Source: Bacteroidales bacterium (GTDB lineage: Bacteria; Bacteroidota; Bacteroidia; Bacteroidales; VadinHA17). Taken from it: a DNA stretch of 64,000 bases. The stretch spans positions 51,892 to 115,891 of the forward strand of contig JBBSAP010000002.1 of assembly GCA_038252165.1 (NCBI GenBank), given 5' to 3'. The position numbers and the translations under genes are program-made. Shown in pieces: positions 27,134 to 36,593 of this stretch. Every line of letters begins with the position of its first letter. Within the stretch, counting starts at the first letter, position 1. A model generated the notes under the pieces. The model did no database searches and had not been told where the DNA came from. It worked only from the letters and a program-made list of their open reading frames with translations.

Positions 27134-28804
27134 TTAGGGTTCTTTTACTTCAAGTATCTGGTTGGCTTTTACATTTTCAAGGATCTGGACTTTTCCCGAG
27201 GGCCATTTTATTTCAATCCTTTCAACAATGTCATTAGCGGCCAGTCCGAAATGTATTCTCGGATCATTCTGTGAAAGATAGCCGGTTGTGGTTTTTTTCT
27301 GGGCTATCTGTATTTTGCCTCCTGAAGTTAATTTAATCCTTGCGCCTATTCCTTCTCTGTTGCTGGTGGTACCTTTCAGATCAAGCATAAGCCAGTTATT
27401 CTGATTCCCCTTGTTGTTCCGGAGAAAAGACGCCGGGCTGTTAAGATTAACGATGAATATATCAAGATCGCCATCATTGTCATAATCGCCTATGCAGGCC
27501 CCTCTTCCCACATGTTCTTCATTGAAATACTTTCCGAGTTCCAGTGATACATCCTTGAATACCCCGTTTCCTTCATTCTCAAAAAGCTGATCTTCCTGGC
27601 CATACAGGTGTTTTAGCGCGCCGTTGGTCTTAAAAATGTCAGGATCACCGTCATTATCATAGTCCATGAAGGAAGAGGACCATCCGACAAACTGTGCGGC
27701 CTGCATCGAGATATTGGATGCCACACCTTTATCCGAGAATATTCCGTTGCCCAGATTTTCATAAAGAGAGCAATATGTATCATCTGATACAAAAAGATCG
27801 ATCAGGCCATCATTATTATAATCAGCAAAATCGACTGACATGCTTACTGTTGCTTCTCCTGCCTGGCTGAAGGCAGTCCCCGACATGGTTCCTTTATCGA
27901 CAAATCCTTTGCCCCCTTCATTGTGCCACAGATAATTCAATGTATGATCGTTTGCAACAAAAATATCAATGAATCCGTCATCGTCATAATCAGCTGCACC
28001 AACACCCATTGCCCTTCCATCCATGTCGGTTATTCCCATTTTATCTGTTACATCCTCAAATGTACCGTCGCCGTTGTTATGATAAAGGATATCTTTCTGT
28101 GCATCGTAGGCCATTGGACCCGGAAATCCGTCCGGAGCATAAAAGTATTTGTAATCAGGGTCAAAGGCAAGATAATTTCCCACATAGAGATCGAGAAAGC
28201 CGTCATTGTCATAATCGGCCCATACAGAGCCTACACTGCATTCATTTCCGCCTGAAACATTTGCACGCTTTGTAACATCAGTGAATGATCCGTTACGGTT
28301 ATTTTTCAGTAGGACATTCGGTCCGTAATTGCTAATAAAAAGATCAGGATAACCGTCATTATTAAAATCACCGGCAACAATACCCATGCTATACCATGGT
28401 CCGCTCACACCTGCTTTTTTCGTAACATCTTCAAAGGTCCCGTTGCCTTTGTTCCTGTAAAGGTGATTTCCCGGCATTTCAGATGGCTTTTCGCTTTTAC
28501 TGATACCCTCAAGCCATGTTCCGCTGCAGACATATATGTCAATATAACCATCCTGGTCAAAGTCGAGAAAAGCAGCGCCACCACCGTCTGATTGAATAAT
28601 ATTGGTCAGGTCATCATCGCCGATCGAGTGTACAAAATCAAGTCCGATCTGCTGACCGATCTCCTGGTAGAATTCATCAGTTGCAACTGCCACAGCAGTT
28701 TCAGATTGCTTTGCCGATCCTGAGGCAGTCTTGCTTCCCTGACGGCAGCCGGCAAAAATCAATATCACCAGAAGGACTATTGGAATAAATGGATTGTGTC
28801 GCAT
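27134..28804 (-). CDS. CRTAC1-family lipoprotein (FG-GAP/VCBS repeats plus ASPIC/UnbV domain)
   Basis: 556 aa. Lipobox IFAGC; DFDQDGYIDIY-type blades; UnbV block NNWLMLDLKG...REGIGARIKLTSGGKIQIAQKKTTTGYLSQNDPRIHFGLA...IEIKWPSG. Confidence 0.88.
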   Translation of the reverse strand: MRHNPFIPIVLLVILIFAGCRQGSKTASGSAKQSETAVAVATDEFYQEIGQQIGLDFVHSIGDDDLTNIIQSDGGGAAFLDFDQDGYIDIYVCSGTWLEGISKSEKPSEMPGNHLYRNKGNGTFEDVTKKAGVSGPWYSMGIVAGDFNNDGYPDLFISNYGPNVLLKNNRNGSFTDVTKRANVSGGNECSVGSVWADYDNDGFLDLYVGNYLAFDPDYKYFYAPDGFPGPMAYDAQKDILYHNNGDGTFEDVTDKMGITDMDGRAMGVGAADYDDDGFIDIFVANDHTLNYLWHNEGGKGFVDKGTMSGTAFSQAGEATVSMSVDFADYNNDGLIDLFVSDDTYCSLYENLGNGIFSDKGVASNISMQAAQFVGWSSSFMDYDNDGDPDIFKTNGALKHLYGQEDQLFENEGNGVFKDVSLELGKYFNEEHVGRGACIGDYDNDGDLDIFIVNLNSPASFLRNNKGNQNNWLMLDLKGTTSNREGIGARIKLTSGGKIQIAQKKTTTGYLSQNDPRIHFGLAANDIVERIEIKWPSGKVQILENVKANQILEVKEP

Positions 28805-28843
28805 AACAGGTTTATAAAATTAAAAGGCACAAATATATCTTTT

Positions 28844-28913
28844 TGCCCCTAGATCCCCTGAAGGGGACTTCTTAAATAAACGAATTTATACCCCCTTTAG
28901 GGGGAAGGGGGCA
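28844..28913. repeat. G5/C5 multi-hairpin element, type B (second copy)
   Basis: tgcccctagatcccc-tgaa-ggggacttcttaaataaacgaatttataccccc-ttta-gggggaagggggca. It has the same orientation and module order as 19519..19590 and lies between the histidine kinase stop and the first CRTAC1 gene. Confidence 0.85.
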
Positions 28914-29011
28914 TATCCGTTCCTAACCTGTTTACCTTAGAAATTAACCGGTTCAATTTTAGGAAATGCCTGTTAAACGGGAGTTAAAACGAGATTAAAA
29001 AAGAATTAATT

Positions 29012-30382
29012 TTATGATGTTGGGGGGAGAAGCAGTGTAATTTTAGTCCCCATGCCGATCTTTGAAGAGATATTTATCGTGCCGTTATGATTTTTAATTA
29101 TCTGATTTACAAGCGAGAGACCGATACCGGTCCCGGAATATGAAAAAGTGTTGCCGCCGCGGTAAAAAGGTTCGAAGATTTTTTTGATATCCTCCTCTGA
29201 AATACCAATACCTCGGTCCTCAAATACCACCTTTACCCATCTGTCGGTACTCCCGAACTTTATATCAACAGCATTATCGGAAGAGTATTTGCATGCATTT
29301 TCAATTATGTTGCTGATTGCTGTTTTCAGCAGGTATTCATCACCTGCCACGATGATCTGTTCCGAATCGGTCACCGAACTATCAGGTGATATATTAATAT
29401 GAAATGAAGCATTGAATTTTTTCATTTCTTCCTGTGCCTTCCAGATAATATCATCTATCCTTAGTTTAGTACTGTAACTGGAAGGCCCTTCTGCACTTGT
29501 TCTGGCAATAAGAAGCAGCCTGTTTGACAGGTCAATCAATGATTTAATGTCTTCAAGCACGGAGCCAAGTGCACTTTTGTATTCATCACCCGACCGGTCT
29601 TTCATCATCAAAACCTCTATCTGGCCGTTTATTGAAGTAAGCGGAGTTCTCAGTTCATGCGAGGCATTGGCTATGAAATTCTTCTGCATGGCAAATGATG
29701 TTTCAAGGCGCTCAAGCATCCTGTTAAATGTTCCGGCCAGCCGTCCGATCTCATCAGTTCCATTACCTTCGGGGACCCTTAAATTCAAACTGGTTATTGT
29801 TATTTCGTCGACTTTACGGACAACATCAGAAATTGGTTTCAGTGCTCTCCCCGAATAAAACCACCCTGCAATAAAAAACGAAATGAGACTTATAAAGCAT
29901 ACTATCATCAGGATAATCCGGAGTTTTTTCATGTGCATATGTCCGTCTTTATCAATAGCCGCACCAATTACTGCAAATTTGTATAATCCGGTTGTATGCG
30001 ATATACCCAGCACTTCATATGAATCCTGTTTACGAACTACCTCTTTATCTGATTCTACCTGCCCGATGATGTCATCTATTTCTTTTAATTCCCAGAATCT
30101 GTCGGATGTATATAAGGTATCCCTGTTAAAATTGAGGATCATATATTTTTCTTCAGGTAATCGGGCTGGATATCCGGTGCCGCTTCGCAGAATAAGATTT
30201 GCATTATATTCATAACTGTCGAGCACCAGCTTAGCTACGCTTACGGCTCTCGACCTGAGGAGATTGTAAAAATCATTACGACGGAAATTAGCCGAAGAAT
30301 AATAAATTGCAATTGAAGCTATTAACATTATTAATCCTCCGATGAGGAGAAACTGTAAGGTTAATCTGGTCCTGATCTGCAT
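29012..30382 (-). CDS. Sensor histidine kinase (2 TM, HAMP, HisKA, HATPase_c)
   Basis: H-box FIANASHELRTPLT, N/G boxes (NIIENACKYS, GTGIGLSLV), HAMP-like RALKPISDVVRKVDEIT. The preferred ATG (MQIRTRL) is at 30382. Confidence 0.9.
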   Translation of the reverse strand: MQIRTRLTLQFLLIGGLIMLIASIAIYYSSANFRRNDFYNLLRSRAVSVAKLVLDSYEYNANLILRSGTGYPARLPEEKYMILNFNRDTLYTSDRFWELKEIDDIIGQVESDKEVVRKQDSYEVLGISHTTGLYKFAVIGAAIDKDGHMHMKKLRIILMIVCFISLISFFIAGWFYSGRALKPISDVVRKVDEITITSLNLRVPEGNGTDEIGRLAGTFNRMLERLETSFAMQKNFIANASHELRTPLTSINGQIEVLMMKDRSGDEYKSALGSVLEDIKSLIDLSNRLLLIARTSAEGPSSYSTKLRIDDIIWKAQEEMKKFNASFHINISPDSSVTDSEQIIVAGDEYLLKTAISNIIENACKYSSDNAVDIKFGSTDRWVKVVFEDRGIGISEEDIKKIFEPFYRGGNTFSYSGTGIGLSLVNQIIKNHNGTINISSKIGMGTKITLLLPPTS

Positions 30383-30389
30383 CCTTCTC

Positions 30390-31070
30390 TTAACTTTGAT
30401 CTCCGAAAATATAGCCGAATCCAACCTTTGTATGGATCAGCTTTTTGTCAAATCCTTTATCAATCTTCTTTCGCAGGAAGTTGACATAAACATCCACTAC
30501 GTTAGTGCTGAAGCCAAAACTGGAATCCCACACCTTCTCGGCAATATCATTTCTTGAAAGGACCCTGCCGGTATTTCTCATAAAATATTCAAGAAGCGAA
30601 AACTCTTTAGCTGTAAGGTCGATAAATGAATTTCCCCTTCGTGCCGCCTTCCTGTCAAGATCAAGTTCCAGATCAGCAATAAAAAGCTTGTTAGCCGTTT
30701 CTCGCGGATGGTCAGAGCTCATAAGCAGAACCTTAACCCTTGCGAGCAATTCCCTGAATTCAAATGGTTTTACAAGGTAATCATTTGTACCGGCTTCGAA
30801 TCCGGCAAGCTTATCTTCAGTGGTTCCAAGGGCAGTAAGCATGAGAACAGGGATCCCGGGGAAGGTCATCTTGAACTTTTTACACAACTCCAGGCCGCCT
30901 GTCCCGGGAATTACAATATCAAGTATGAAAAGATCATATTTATACTGACGTGCAAGTTTTTCTGCAAACATGCTGTCGTATGCAATATCGGCCTCATACT
31001 GACTCTCTTCAAGGCCTTTTTTTATAAATGATGCTACCTTGGACTCATCCTCGACGATCAGGATTTTCAT
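30390..31070 (-). CDS. OmpR/PhoB-family response regulator
   Basis: 226 aa. Receiver domain (MKILIVEDE...DLFILDIVIPG...KPF) plus a winged-helix output (LTAKEFSLLEYFMRN...VGFGYIF). Confidence 0.93.
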   Translation of the reverse strand: MKILIVEDESKVASFIKKGLEESQYEADIAYDSMFAEKLARQYKYDLFILDIVIPGTGGLELCKKFKMTFPGIPVLMLTALGTTEDKLAGFEAGTNDYLVKPFEFRELLARVKVLLMSSDHPRETANKLFIADLELDLDRKAARRGNSFIDLTAKEFSLLEYFMRNTGRVLSRNDIAEKVWDSSFGFSTNVVDVYVNFLRKKIDKGFDKKLIHTKVGFGYIFGDQS

Positions 31071-31189
31071 GGATCTAAAATAAAAACAATTAATGACTAT
31101 CTGTAATCATGAATAAAAATGGTAATGAATTCATTAACTTCATTATAATTTACTTTAATTTCTTATATATCAAATTGAGATTCCTCTTA

Positions 31190-31249
31190 TCTCCGCCATC
31201 AGGCGGAGCTATTCGGAATGACATGTCATTCCGAGCGTTAGTGAGGAAT
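31190..31249. repeat. Hairpin plus back-to-back GTCATTCCGA arms (core-less member of the foldback family)
   Basis: ctccgcc-atca-ggcggag, then attcggaatgaca|tgtcattccgagcgttagtgaggaatc. Confidence 0.8.
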
Positions 31250-31630
31250 CTCTATCTTAAATTATTATTGGTTCCCGATACTCATAAAAACTTTTTTCTA
31301 CCTTAATATTTATAAATCTCTTGTTGGCAATATAGTAATTTCCGGTTATTCTTTAATCAGTTTTTAAGATTATGGACTAAGGGCCGATATGTTTTTTATC
31401 ATAAAGCCACGGATATTAAACATCAGCAGCTGATAATCAGTTTATTCACGAAAATTTTTCCCCGGTTCTGACATGTTTTGCCGGTTCTTGATTTATTTTT
31501 TCAGAAGAATAAATTTAAATTTTGTTTTAATATGATTTTAATTTTTCTATATTTGATCTTTCGAATTTCAAATTTAGTTTGATTTTAGAATGAACCTTTT
31601 ATCTAACCTGTTTAACCAAAACAATTGACT

Positions 31631-34600
31631 ATGCAAATTACTACAAAACTACGGCGTATTACGCTGTTTTTGTTCAGTATGGTCCTTTCCTCAGGCATTC
31701 TCTTTGCTCAGGAAAGAACCGTAACCGGGAAAGTCACCGCTGAAGGCGAAGGAGCTGTCCCGGGTGTAAACGTTACAGTACAGGGGACAGTTATCGGAGC
31801 TATGACAGGAATTGATGGGACCTACTCGTTAAGAGTACCAGGACCGGCATCAGTCCTTGTCTTTTCATCTATAGGCTACGTAACCCAATCATTAACAGTA
31901 GGATCCCAGGCAGTTATCAATGTAACCCTGGAATCTGATGTTCAGGCACTCCAGGAAGTGGTTGTGACCGGGTACACCCAGCAAAGAAGGAGGGACCTGA
32001 CTGGCTCTATCGCAACTGTTGAACCCGATAAACTTAAAGCTGTGCCTACCGGAAACGTAAGTAACGCTCTTCAGGGCCGGACTTCAGGGGTTACAGTTAT
32101 CGGAGACGGCCGACCGGGAGAAACTGCTAAGGTGAGGATCAGAGGATTTTCTTCTTTTGAGAATAACGATCCTTTGTATGTCGTTGATGGTGTCCCTACA
32201 CAGGACATTTCATCACTTAACCCGAATGACATAGCTTCACTTTCAGTGCTTAAGGATGCCGGAGCTGCTTCTATTTACGGTTCAAGGGCATCAAATGGTG
32301 TTATTATCATTTCGACAAAAAGAGGTCAGAAGGGAACCCAGGTTAACTACAGTGCGTATTTTGGTATGCTTGATCCGGGGAAAGGACCGAATAACATGTT
32401 GAATGCGAAGGAATATGCAGATCTTCAGTGGCTGGTTTATAAAAATGACGGAACTGTCGAGATCCATCCTTTTTACGGCTCCTCAGCCAATGCATCCCCG
32501 ACATTTCCAAACTGGGCAGGGGATACTGACTGGTATGATGCAATTACCAGAACTGCAATGACCCAAAACCACGACCTGTCCCTTTCAGGAGGAACAGATA
32601 ATGCAAGGTTCTTTGCAGCTATCGGCGTTCTGAAGCAGGAAGGGATTATTCTTTACACAGATGCAAATAAATACACTGCAAGGTTCAATTCCGAATTTAA
32701 CTTCCTTAATGACAGGATAAAAGTAGGAGAAAATATTACTCTTTCATATCGTACAAATCATGGTGTTTCCAATAATGATGAAGGTAGTCCGATTCAGCAG
32801 GCATCCTACAGAAGCCAGCCTATTATTCCTGTTATAATGAGTGTTGCAGTTCCTGATGGTTTAACCCATGCATTTCTTCCGGGTGAATATGGCGGAACAG
32901 GAATCGCTCCCCGTCTCGGACAGGCTGAAAACGAAGTAGCCTCAAGAACAAGATCAAAGGATAACAATAACTGGAACATTCGTCTTCTCGGAAGTGCTTT
33001 CGTTGATGTAAAGATCTTCCAGGGTCTTAATTTCAAATCCACAATAGGAGGTACTTTCAACAATGGCTATTGGCAGGGGTACTCATTTAAAACCTATGAA
33101 AGATCAGAAAATAACGCAACTAATAGCTTCAGTGAAGGTGCCTGGTTTAATAATGACTGGGTATGGACAAATCAGCTGACGTTCGACAAAACCTTTGGCG
33201 ATCACAAAATACTCGCAGTCGGGGGATATGAAGCAGTTAAATATGGCATGGGACGGGATGTATCAGGTAACCGTGCCGAATATTTTTCAGATGATGTCCT
33301 CTACAGAACATTGAATAACGGTGCCAAAATTATCAGTGCCAATTCCAGCTTATACACACCCACTTCACTGTTATCCCAGTTCTTAAGGGCAGACTATTCA
33401 TTTAGGGACAAGTATATGATAAGCGCTACTGTTCGCCGCGACGGTTCTTCAAGGTTTGGTACGGAAAACCGTTATGGTGTTTTCCCGTCCTTTTCTGCAG
33501 GATGGCGTATAAAGGATGAAGCTTTCTTATCAGCCGTTGGATGGCTGTCGGAACTCAAACTGAGGGGTTCATACGGTACTATGGGTAACCAGCTTGCCGT
33601 TTCACCACAGAACCAGTTCTTTTCATACGGGGGCGATCCTGGTTCATCATTTTATGATATAAACGGCACGTTTACTTCATCAGCTCAGGGATTCCGTCCT
33701 ACAAGAATTGGTAATCCGAATGCCAAGTGGGAAACAAACGTTACAACTGACGTGGGATTTGAGGCTGGTCTGTTTAATAATAAGATCGGTATTAAGTTTG
33801 ACTGGTACTCGAAGAAAACAAAGGATCTGTTATACCCTGTTGAACTTCCGGGAACAGCCGGAGCAGCTGATGCACCTTACGTGAATATTGCATCGATGTC
33901 CAACACCGGTCTGGATATGGAATTATCTTACAGGGATAAATGGGGTGACCTGGGCTTTGATGGGAACCTGGCTTTTACCACCTATAAGAATAATATTGAC
34001 AAGATTGCCGAAGGAGTTAATTTCTTTGACTCGGGTGGTTCCAGGATCGGTGCTTTCGCAAGAAATATGGAAGGTCATTCTATGTCTGAATTTTTCGGCT
34101 ATCAGGTTCAGAACCTTTTCCAGTCAGCTTCTGAGGTTGACCAGGCAGCTGTTCAGGACGGGGCAGAAGCAGGATTCTTCAGATTCCAGGACTCAGACGA
34201 TGACTCATCGATCACCCCTGACGACAGGGTATTTATCGGTAATCCTAATCCGAAATTCACATATGGTCTTAACCTTGCATTCACATTCAAGAATTTCGAT
34301 CTGGCTGCATTCATTTATGGATCTCAGGGCAACCAAATCTTCAACTGGAACTCATGGTGGGTTGATTTCTGGCCATCATTCCAGGGACAAAAGAGTACTG
34401 ATCTTCTTTATGACAGCTGGACTCCTACAAATACTGCGGCAAGGGTGCCAAAAGCTTCAAACATCTCGAACTTCTCAACTAATACCCAGTCATGCAGCTT
34501 CTATGTTGAAGACGGATCATTCCTCAGGATGAAAAACCTTCAGCTCGGATATACGATACCTGAAAGCATCCTTGGGAAAGTAAATATAAGATCGTTGAGG

Positions 34601-34750
34601 ATTTACGTTCAGGGTGTGAACCTTTTCACTTTCACAAAGTATTCTGGTCTTGATCCGGAACTTGGCGGAGACGATCGTAACTTTGGAATTGATGCAGGTA
34701 ACTATCCGCTTGTTAAGCAGTATCTTGTCGGATTGAACGTGAATTTCTAA
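31631..34750 (+). CDS. SusC/RagA-family TonB-linked outer-membrane protein
   Basis: About 1040 aa. Signal; CarboxypepD_reg domain (RTVTGKVTAEGEGAVPGVNVTVQGT); plug (IASLSVLKDAGAASIYGSRASNGVIIISTKRG); barrel ending ...LVGLNVNF. The track start at 31625 is a TTG and the ATG is at 31631. Confidence 0.93.
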   Translation: MQITTKLRRITLFLFSMVLSSGILFAQERTVTGKVTAEGEGAVPGVNVTVQGTVIGAMTGIDGTYSLRVPGPASVLVFSSIGYVTQSLTVGSQAVINVTLESDVQALQEVVVTGYTQQRRRDLTGSIATVEPDKLKAVPTGNVSNALQGRTSGVTVIGDGRPGETAKVRIRGFSSFENNDPLYVVDGVPTQDISSLNPNDIASLSVLKDAGAASIYGSRASNGVIIISTKRGQKGTQVNYSAYFGMLDPGKGPNNMLNAKEYADLQWLVYKNDGTVEIHPFYGSSANASPTFPNWAGDTDWYDAITRTAMTQNHDLSLSGGTDNARFFAAIGVLKQEGIILYTDANKYTARFNSEFNFLNDRIKVGENITLSYRTNHGVSNNDEGSPIQQASYRSQPIIPVIMSVAVPDGLTHAFLPGEYGGTGIAPRLGQAENEVASRTRSKDNNNWNIRLLGSAFVDVKIFQGLNFKSTIGGTFNNGYWQGYSFKTYERSENNATNSFSEGAWFNNDWVWTNQLTFDKTFGDHKILAVGGYEAVKYGMGRDVSGNRAEYFSDDVLYRTLNNGAKIISANSSLYTPTSLLSQFLRADYSFRDKYMISATVRRDGSSRFGTENRYGVFPSFSAGWRIKDEAFLSAVGWLSELKLRGSYGTMGNQLAVSPQNQFFSYGGDPGSSFYDINGTFTSSAQGFRPTRIGNPNAKWETNVTTDVGFEAGLFNNKIGIKFDWYSKKTKDLLYPVELPGTAGAADAPYVNIASMSNTGLDMELSYRDKWGDLGFDGNLAFTTYKNNIDKIAEGVNFFDSGGSRIGAFARNMEGHSMSEFFGYQVQNLFQSASEVDQAAVQDGAEAGFFRFQDSDDDSSITPDDRVFIGNPNPKFTYGLNLAFTFKNFDLAAFIYGSQGNQIFNWNSWWVDFWPSFQGQKSTDLLYDSWTPTNTAARVPKASNISNFSTNTQSCSFYVEDGSFLRMKNLQLGYTIPESILGKVNIRSLRIYVQGVNLFTFTKYSGLDPELGGDDRNFGIDAGNYPLVKQYLVGLNVNF

Positions 34751-34769
34751 TTGTTAAAAATGATGTAAT

Positions 34770-36515
34770 ATGAAAAAGACAAAAGTTATATTAGCTTTAA
34801 TATTCGCGGTAGTCGTTTTAATTGGTTCCTGCAAGCAGAGTTTCCTTGATATCAAACCTGCAGGAGGCCTGGATCAAAGTATATTAGCTACCCCGGACGG
34901 TATTGAAACACTTGTAGTCGGAGCCTATTCACTGCTCGACGGAATGTCCTGGCAATTTGGCTGGGAGTCCGCTTCAACCAACTGGGTTTATGGTTCGATC
35001 AGAGGTTTGGAAGCAAATAAAGGGACTGATTCAGGCGACCAGCCTGATATCAATCCGCTCCAGACCTTCTCCGAAACATCCACGAATCCCTACCTGAATG
35101 TAAAATGGAGACAGGTATATGAGGCTGTTTCACGATGCAACAGTGTTATCGCAGTTGTTAATCAGGCTCTCGAAAAAGGAACCATTACCCAGGATGAGGC
35201 CAATTCTTTTATTAAACAGGCCAGAGTCCTGCGCGGATGGTACCATTTTGAAGCATGGAGAATGTGGGAGAAAATCCCGTATCTGGATGAAACTACGGAT
35301 CCTGCCACAGTTACTAACTCAGAAGATGTAAGGCCACAGATCATTGCTGACCTGACTCAAGGAACAACCCTTCCCGAGGATATGGGTGCAATCGGCAAAT
35401 GGAATGCAACTGTTTCAAAAGTTGTCCTTGCCAAAGCACTGATGCAGATGAATAAAGATTATGCCACAGCAAAACCTCTTCTTGAGAGTGTGAAAACCAG
35501 CGGCAAACAACCTAATGGTGGCGCAATCGGCCTTGCCGACACTTACGGAGAGATCTTTGATATTGCAAACAGAAACGGGAAAGAAGCTGTTTATACTGTT
35601 CAGTATTCAGTAAATGACGGCTCCGGCGGTAACAATGGCGGAAATGGTGAAGTATTGAATTTCCCCTACAAGGGAGGAGGCTCCCCCGGCGGATGCTGCG
35701 GATTCTTTAACCCGACACAGGAATTTGTAAATTCATTCAGGACATCAGGCGGTTTGCCATTACTTGACTTTTCTTACAATCTGAGTCCTGTCAAAAGTGA
35801 CCAGGCAGTTCCTAAAGCACCTGCTGAGGGTCCTGATCCTTTCGTCACAGATGCTGGTCCTCTCGACCCAAGACTTGACTGGTCGGTAGGCAGAAGAGGA
35901 ATACCTTACTGGGATTGGGGAAAACATACCGGAGCTGACTGGATCCGCGACCAGACTTATTCCGGCCCCTACAGCCCGAAGAAACAGGTATATAAGAAAT
36001 CTCAGGAAGGAACCTATACAGAAGTTGGTAACTGGACATCCGGATGGACCGCCAACGGCTATCGCATGATCCGTTATGCTGATGTTCTGCTTATGCTTGC
36101 AGAATGCCAGATTGAAACAGGCGATCTTGCAGGTGCCCGCACCAATGTAAATCTTGTAAGAGCAAGAGCTGCCAATCCTGCCGGATTCGTAATGGACGGA
36201 GCAGTTCCTGCTGCTAATTATGTAATTAACCAGTATCCTTTGACAGGCGCACCTTTTGATACAAAAGGCGATGCAACTACAGCGCTTCGTATGGAGAGGA
36301 AACTGGAACTCGGCCAGGAAGGTCACAGATGGTTTGACCTTAACAGATGGGGTGCAACCGTCATTGAACTTAACAGGGTGCTTGCTTATGAGAAGACAAT
36401 GCCGTGGGGTACTGCACTTTATGGCGCCGCAACTGTAGGCCCGGAAGATGCTACATTCCCGATTCCTCAGCGTCAGCTCGATGTAAGCAACGGAACACTT
36501 GTCCAGAACAGATAA
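34770..36515 (+). CDS. SusD/RagB-family nutrient-binding outer-membrane lipoprotein
   Basis: 581 aa. Lipobox LIGSC, TPR-like SusD core (ARVLRGWYHFEAWRMW, IRYADVLLMLAEC), immediately downstream of SusC. Confidence 0.92.
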   Translation: MKKTKVILALIFAVVVLIGSCKQSFLDIKPAGGLDQSILATPDGIETLVVGAYSLLDGMSWQFGWESASTNWVYGSIRGLEANKGTDSGDQPDINPLQTFSETSTNPYLNVKWRQVYEAVSRCNSVIAVVNQALEKGTITQDEANSFIKQARVLRGWYHFEAWRMWEKIPYLDETTDPATVTNSEDVRPQIIADLTQGTTLPEDMGAIGKWNATVSKVVLAKALMQMNKDYATAKPLLESVKTSGKQPNGGAIGLADTYGEIFDIANRNGKEAVYTVQYSVNDGSGGNNGGNGEVLNFPYKGGGSPGGCCGFFNPTQEFVNSFRTSGGLPLLDFSYNLSPVKSDQAVPKAPAEGPDPFVTDAGPLDPRLDWSVGRRGIPYWDWGKHTGADWIRDQTYSGPYSPKKQVYKKSQEGTYTEVGNWTSGWTANGYRMIRYADVLLMLAECQIETGDLAGARTNVNLVRARAANPAGFVMDGAVPAANYVINQYPLTGAPFDTKGDATTALRMERKLELGQEGHRWFDLNRWGATVIELNRVLAYEKTMPWGTALYGAATVGPEDATFPIPQRQLDVSNGTLVQNR

Positions 36516-36534
36516 AAATCTTTCTTTATCCATT

Positions 36535-36570
36535 AATAAGGACATGCCAAGGCATGTCCTTATTTTTTAT
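36535..36570 (+). terminator. Rho-independent terminator/attenuator hairpin after SusD
   Basis: aataaggacatgcc-aa-ggcatgtccttatt followed by ttttat. A 14-bp perfect stem 20 nt after the stop, and only about 24 nt before the next ATG. Confidence 0.7.
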
Positions 36571-36593
36571 ATTCGCATTCATAATAGTTGTCT

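Noticed and set aside
31109-31306. 65-aa ORF in the RR/SusC divergent spacer; also ORFs at 62885-63181, 62958-63149 and 59971-60156
   Set aside because: They consist largely of translated GTCATTCCGA/GTCATTGCGA repeat arms and AT-rich spacer, with no coding support.
35760-36545. 261-aa Cys-rich ORF antisense to SusD; similar long shadow ORFs at 33888-34532, 53172-53672, 23956-24423 and 640-1056
   Set aside because: They lie entirely inside well-supported genes on the opposite strand or in another frame. Their composition is low-complexity and Cys/Ser/Arg-rich, typical of antisense translation, and there are no family motifs.
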